A DNA stretch of 64,000 bases, from IMG/VR virus record IMGVR_UViG_3300044614_002195, positions 64,001-128,000 of that record; one strand, given 5' to 3'. The DNA comes from a virus. Of the stretch, positions 62,235 to 64,000 are shown in pieces. Made by a program: the position numbers and the translations under genes. How positions within the stretch are numbered: the stretch's first letter is position 1; every line of letters starts with the position of its first letter. The notes under the pieces were generated by a model. It had not been told where the DNA came from, searched no databases, and saw nothing but the letters and a program-made list of their open reading frames with translations.

Positions 62235-64000
62235 ATGGACCTACCTTATAAATCTTTTTTAAAAATAGCCAAACAAACACAAACATTAAGCAAGTACGTC
62301 AAGACAATGGACGTAAGCATCGATAAATCTACTGAATATGTGGATAATCAATATGTACCTACAGTAAAATTAGCTTACACAAGTCTACACTTCGATACGG
62401 TGGCAGACATGCATGCCTACTCCAAGTATCTACCTATACCCACACATAAGCTTAAAATAGGTGAAGACATCAGATACCAAGATCTTCAAGCAAACATAGC
62501 TCAACGTGGCGGATGGGACAATACGCACGTTATGCAATTTTTAAGACAGGATAGCTCTAAGGGCGAGCCTTCCGTAAAGCTTATCCCTGAAGAAACAGCG
62601 TATGCTTTTCGCCCTAATATAATCAAGCTCGCTCCTATCGAGTATACAGAAGGAGACTATACATACAGAATCCTTACAAACCAGAGTAGTAAAAACTATA
62701 CCGCTCGTATTCGAGTTATAGCTAGAAACGATGAGCCTATTTACGATTACCTGGATAAAGGGTTTTTCGTAATGACTGTTAATGAAAAATCTGACGAATT
62801 AACTAAGCCTTCGTTTGTTGTGTCAGATAGCTATGATGTGAATACTGCACACATTTTTATGATGTGTAAGCTACAGCATAACCTAATCAGTATGCTGAAA
62901 GACGAATGCTTTGTGAGTAAGTATGACGCAGAAATGCTTAAACTTAAAATGCTCAGAAAGCTAACTCCTGAAGCTAAAGCGTCATACTTGAAGCATTCGA
63001 AGGCGATTGATGAAGACTATCGTAAGAATACTACACTGGTAGTAGTTGGGAAATTGCTTAGCGGCGAAATTAAAAAAACGACTATTAGAGAAGTAGAGTT
63101 TTCAGCTACAACAGCAAAGTATGAGAATACTGAAATTGAAGCTGAGGATCTCATGACTGTACTGTCAAGAGACCTTGATTTTAATAGCGAGTTTGACATC
63201 TATGCTGTGGCTCAACTGTATGCCAATTATGCTGAAAAGTGCTTGGACGCTAAAGGCTGGAGTTACACAGAAATTGATGACATCAATGCTGGTGCAAATG
63301 AGCTCAAAAAGAAGAGTCTGCCTACGTTTAAAATAAACGGAATCAGTATATCTGCGGCAGTTTCTTATACAGGACAAAGGTACTTAAACGACACCAGGAT
63401 TAATCAGGACGAGGTGGCAAAGGCCATATACCGCGCTTCCTGCTATAGGTCAGCTGAAGACTATAATTTGTTCCTAAAGAGTATCAGCCGCATGAGTATC
63501 AAGAGACATGATATTATTGCAAATGGCCTGCAGGTAAAGATTCACGCAGGTATGACCATAGAAGAATTCAGGGAATCTACTCCTGGTGTAAATGCTCCTG
63601 CCCTTAAATTTGTGATTGATAAGCAAGATAAGCGTATCAAGCTGTATATTGATGAAAATCGACAAGTGCCTGTAGATATCAGCGGGCTGATCAAGAAGGT
63701 ACAAACGATCAACTCAAAAACAAACAATAGATCGTTTTACGATAGGTCAGACAATGCGTACAACTATATCAACAGAGATCATATTTGGGCAGCTGCGGAG
63801 CTTACAAAAGCCCTGATTGAGTTCACTACGTTCCCTGTAAAGTTTAAGAATCTGGAAGATGGTACGGTAATAGAAAAAGACCAGGTACTGATATCTAAAG
63901 ATGACGTTGCTAAACTGTTGAAAGTAGTTGATGAGCAGAACAAAGCTAAAATCGAAAGATCTAAGCAGTTCTTGAGTACTGCAGTAAAGCTTACAGGAGC
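62235..64000 (+). CDS. Large hypothetical protein (>588 aa), 3'-truncated, absent from the ORF track
   Basis: Translated by hand from ATG 62235 (MDLPYKSFLKIAK...) with no stop to the window end. Confidence 0.8.
   Translation, partial: MDLPYKSFLKIAKQTQTLSKYVKTMDVSIDKSTEYVDNQYVPTVKLAYTSLHFDTVADMHAYSKYLPIPTHKLKIGEDIRYQDLQANIAQRGGWDNTHVMQFLRQDSSKGEPSVKLIPEETAYAFRPNIIKLAPIEYTEGDYTYRILTNQSSKNYTARIRVIARNDEPIYDYLDKGFFVMTVNEKSDELTKPSFVVSDSYDVNTAHIFMMCKLQHNLISMLKDECFVSKYDAEMLKLKMLRKLTPEAKASYLKHSKAIDEDYRKNTTLVVVGKLLSGEIKKTTIREVEFSATTAKYENTEIEAEDLMTVLSRDLDFNSEFDIYAVAQLYANYAEKCLDAKGWSYTEIDDINAGANELKKKSLPTFKINGISISAAVSYTGQRYLNDTRINQDEVAKAIYRASCYRSAEDYNLFLKSISRMSIKRHDIIANGLQVKIHAGMTIEEFRESTPGVNAPALKFVIDKQDKRIKLYIDENRQVPVDISGLIKKVQTINSKTNNRSFYDRSDNAYNYINRDHIWAAAELTKALIEFTTFPVKFKNLEDGTVIEKDQVLISKDDVAKLLKVVDEQNKAKIERSKQFLSTAVKLTG

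Noticed and set aside
1200-63727. Many 60-160 aa antisense or alternate-frame ORFs in the ORF track (e.g. 1200-1448 -, 15124-15540 -, 35832-36320 -, 63542-63727 -)
   Set aside because: They lie wholly within longer, motif-bearing genes and have no independent motifs; shadow ORFs.
1-64000. Stop-codon reassignment
   Set aside because: Genes are long and densely packed under code 11, and TAA, TAG (e.g. 10575, 11479) and TGA all end genes at sensible junctions.
1-64000. tRNA, rRNA, integrase or IS elements
   Set aside because: None recognised; intergenic gaps are few and short. A tRNAscan/Infernal run would be needed to exclude them fully.

Overview
64 kb of a large, AT-rich tailed phage genome, most likely a contractile-tail (myovirus-type) jumbo-class phage. 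It uses the standard genetic code, is almost all + strand, and has no Shine-Dalgarno motifs. Layout: (1) 1-27.2 kb is a baseplate/tail-fibre module with a sigma-70-type factor embedded in it, a 3485-aa Ig/Fn3/collagen-repeat fibre, and five genes sharing a paralogous N-terminal domain. (2) 27.2-34.3 kb is a junction region with a candidate pseudoknot sRNA, a KxA-rich probable head protein, an AAA ATPase and an isolated minus-strand GpA-type large terminase. (3) 34.4-38.9 kb is an operon of AT-hook protein, Ycf46-like AAA ATPase and DUF3150-, DUF1257- and DUF2997-like proteins. (4) 39.5-52.4 kb holds sbcD and sbcC separated by about 30 small accessory ORFs, including YopX-like, DUF1281-like and UvsE. 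(5) 52.9-61.5 kb is the replication module: SF2 helicase, primase, DnaB-like helicase, UDG-fused family A polymerase, HNH-AP2 and GP88-like. (6) 61.9-64 kb holds a small ubiquitin-like candidate ending LIGG-HK and a large ORF that runs off the window. All family assignments come from motif recognition by eye; no database searches were run. Best leads for new biology: the phage ubiquitin-like gene, the AT-hook/Ycf46 operon, the KxA-rich protein, the pseudoknot sRNA and the five-paralog tail family.
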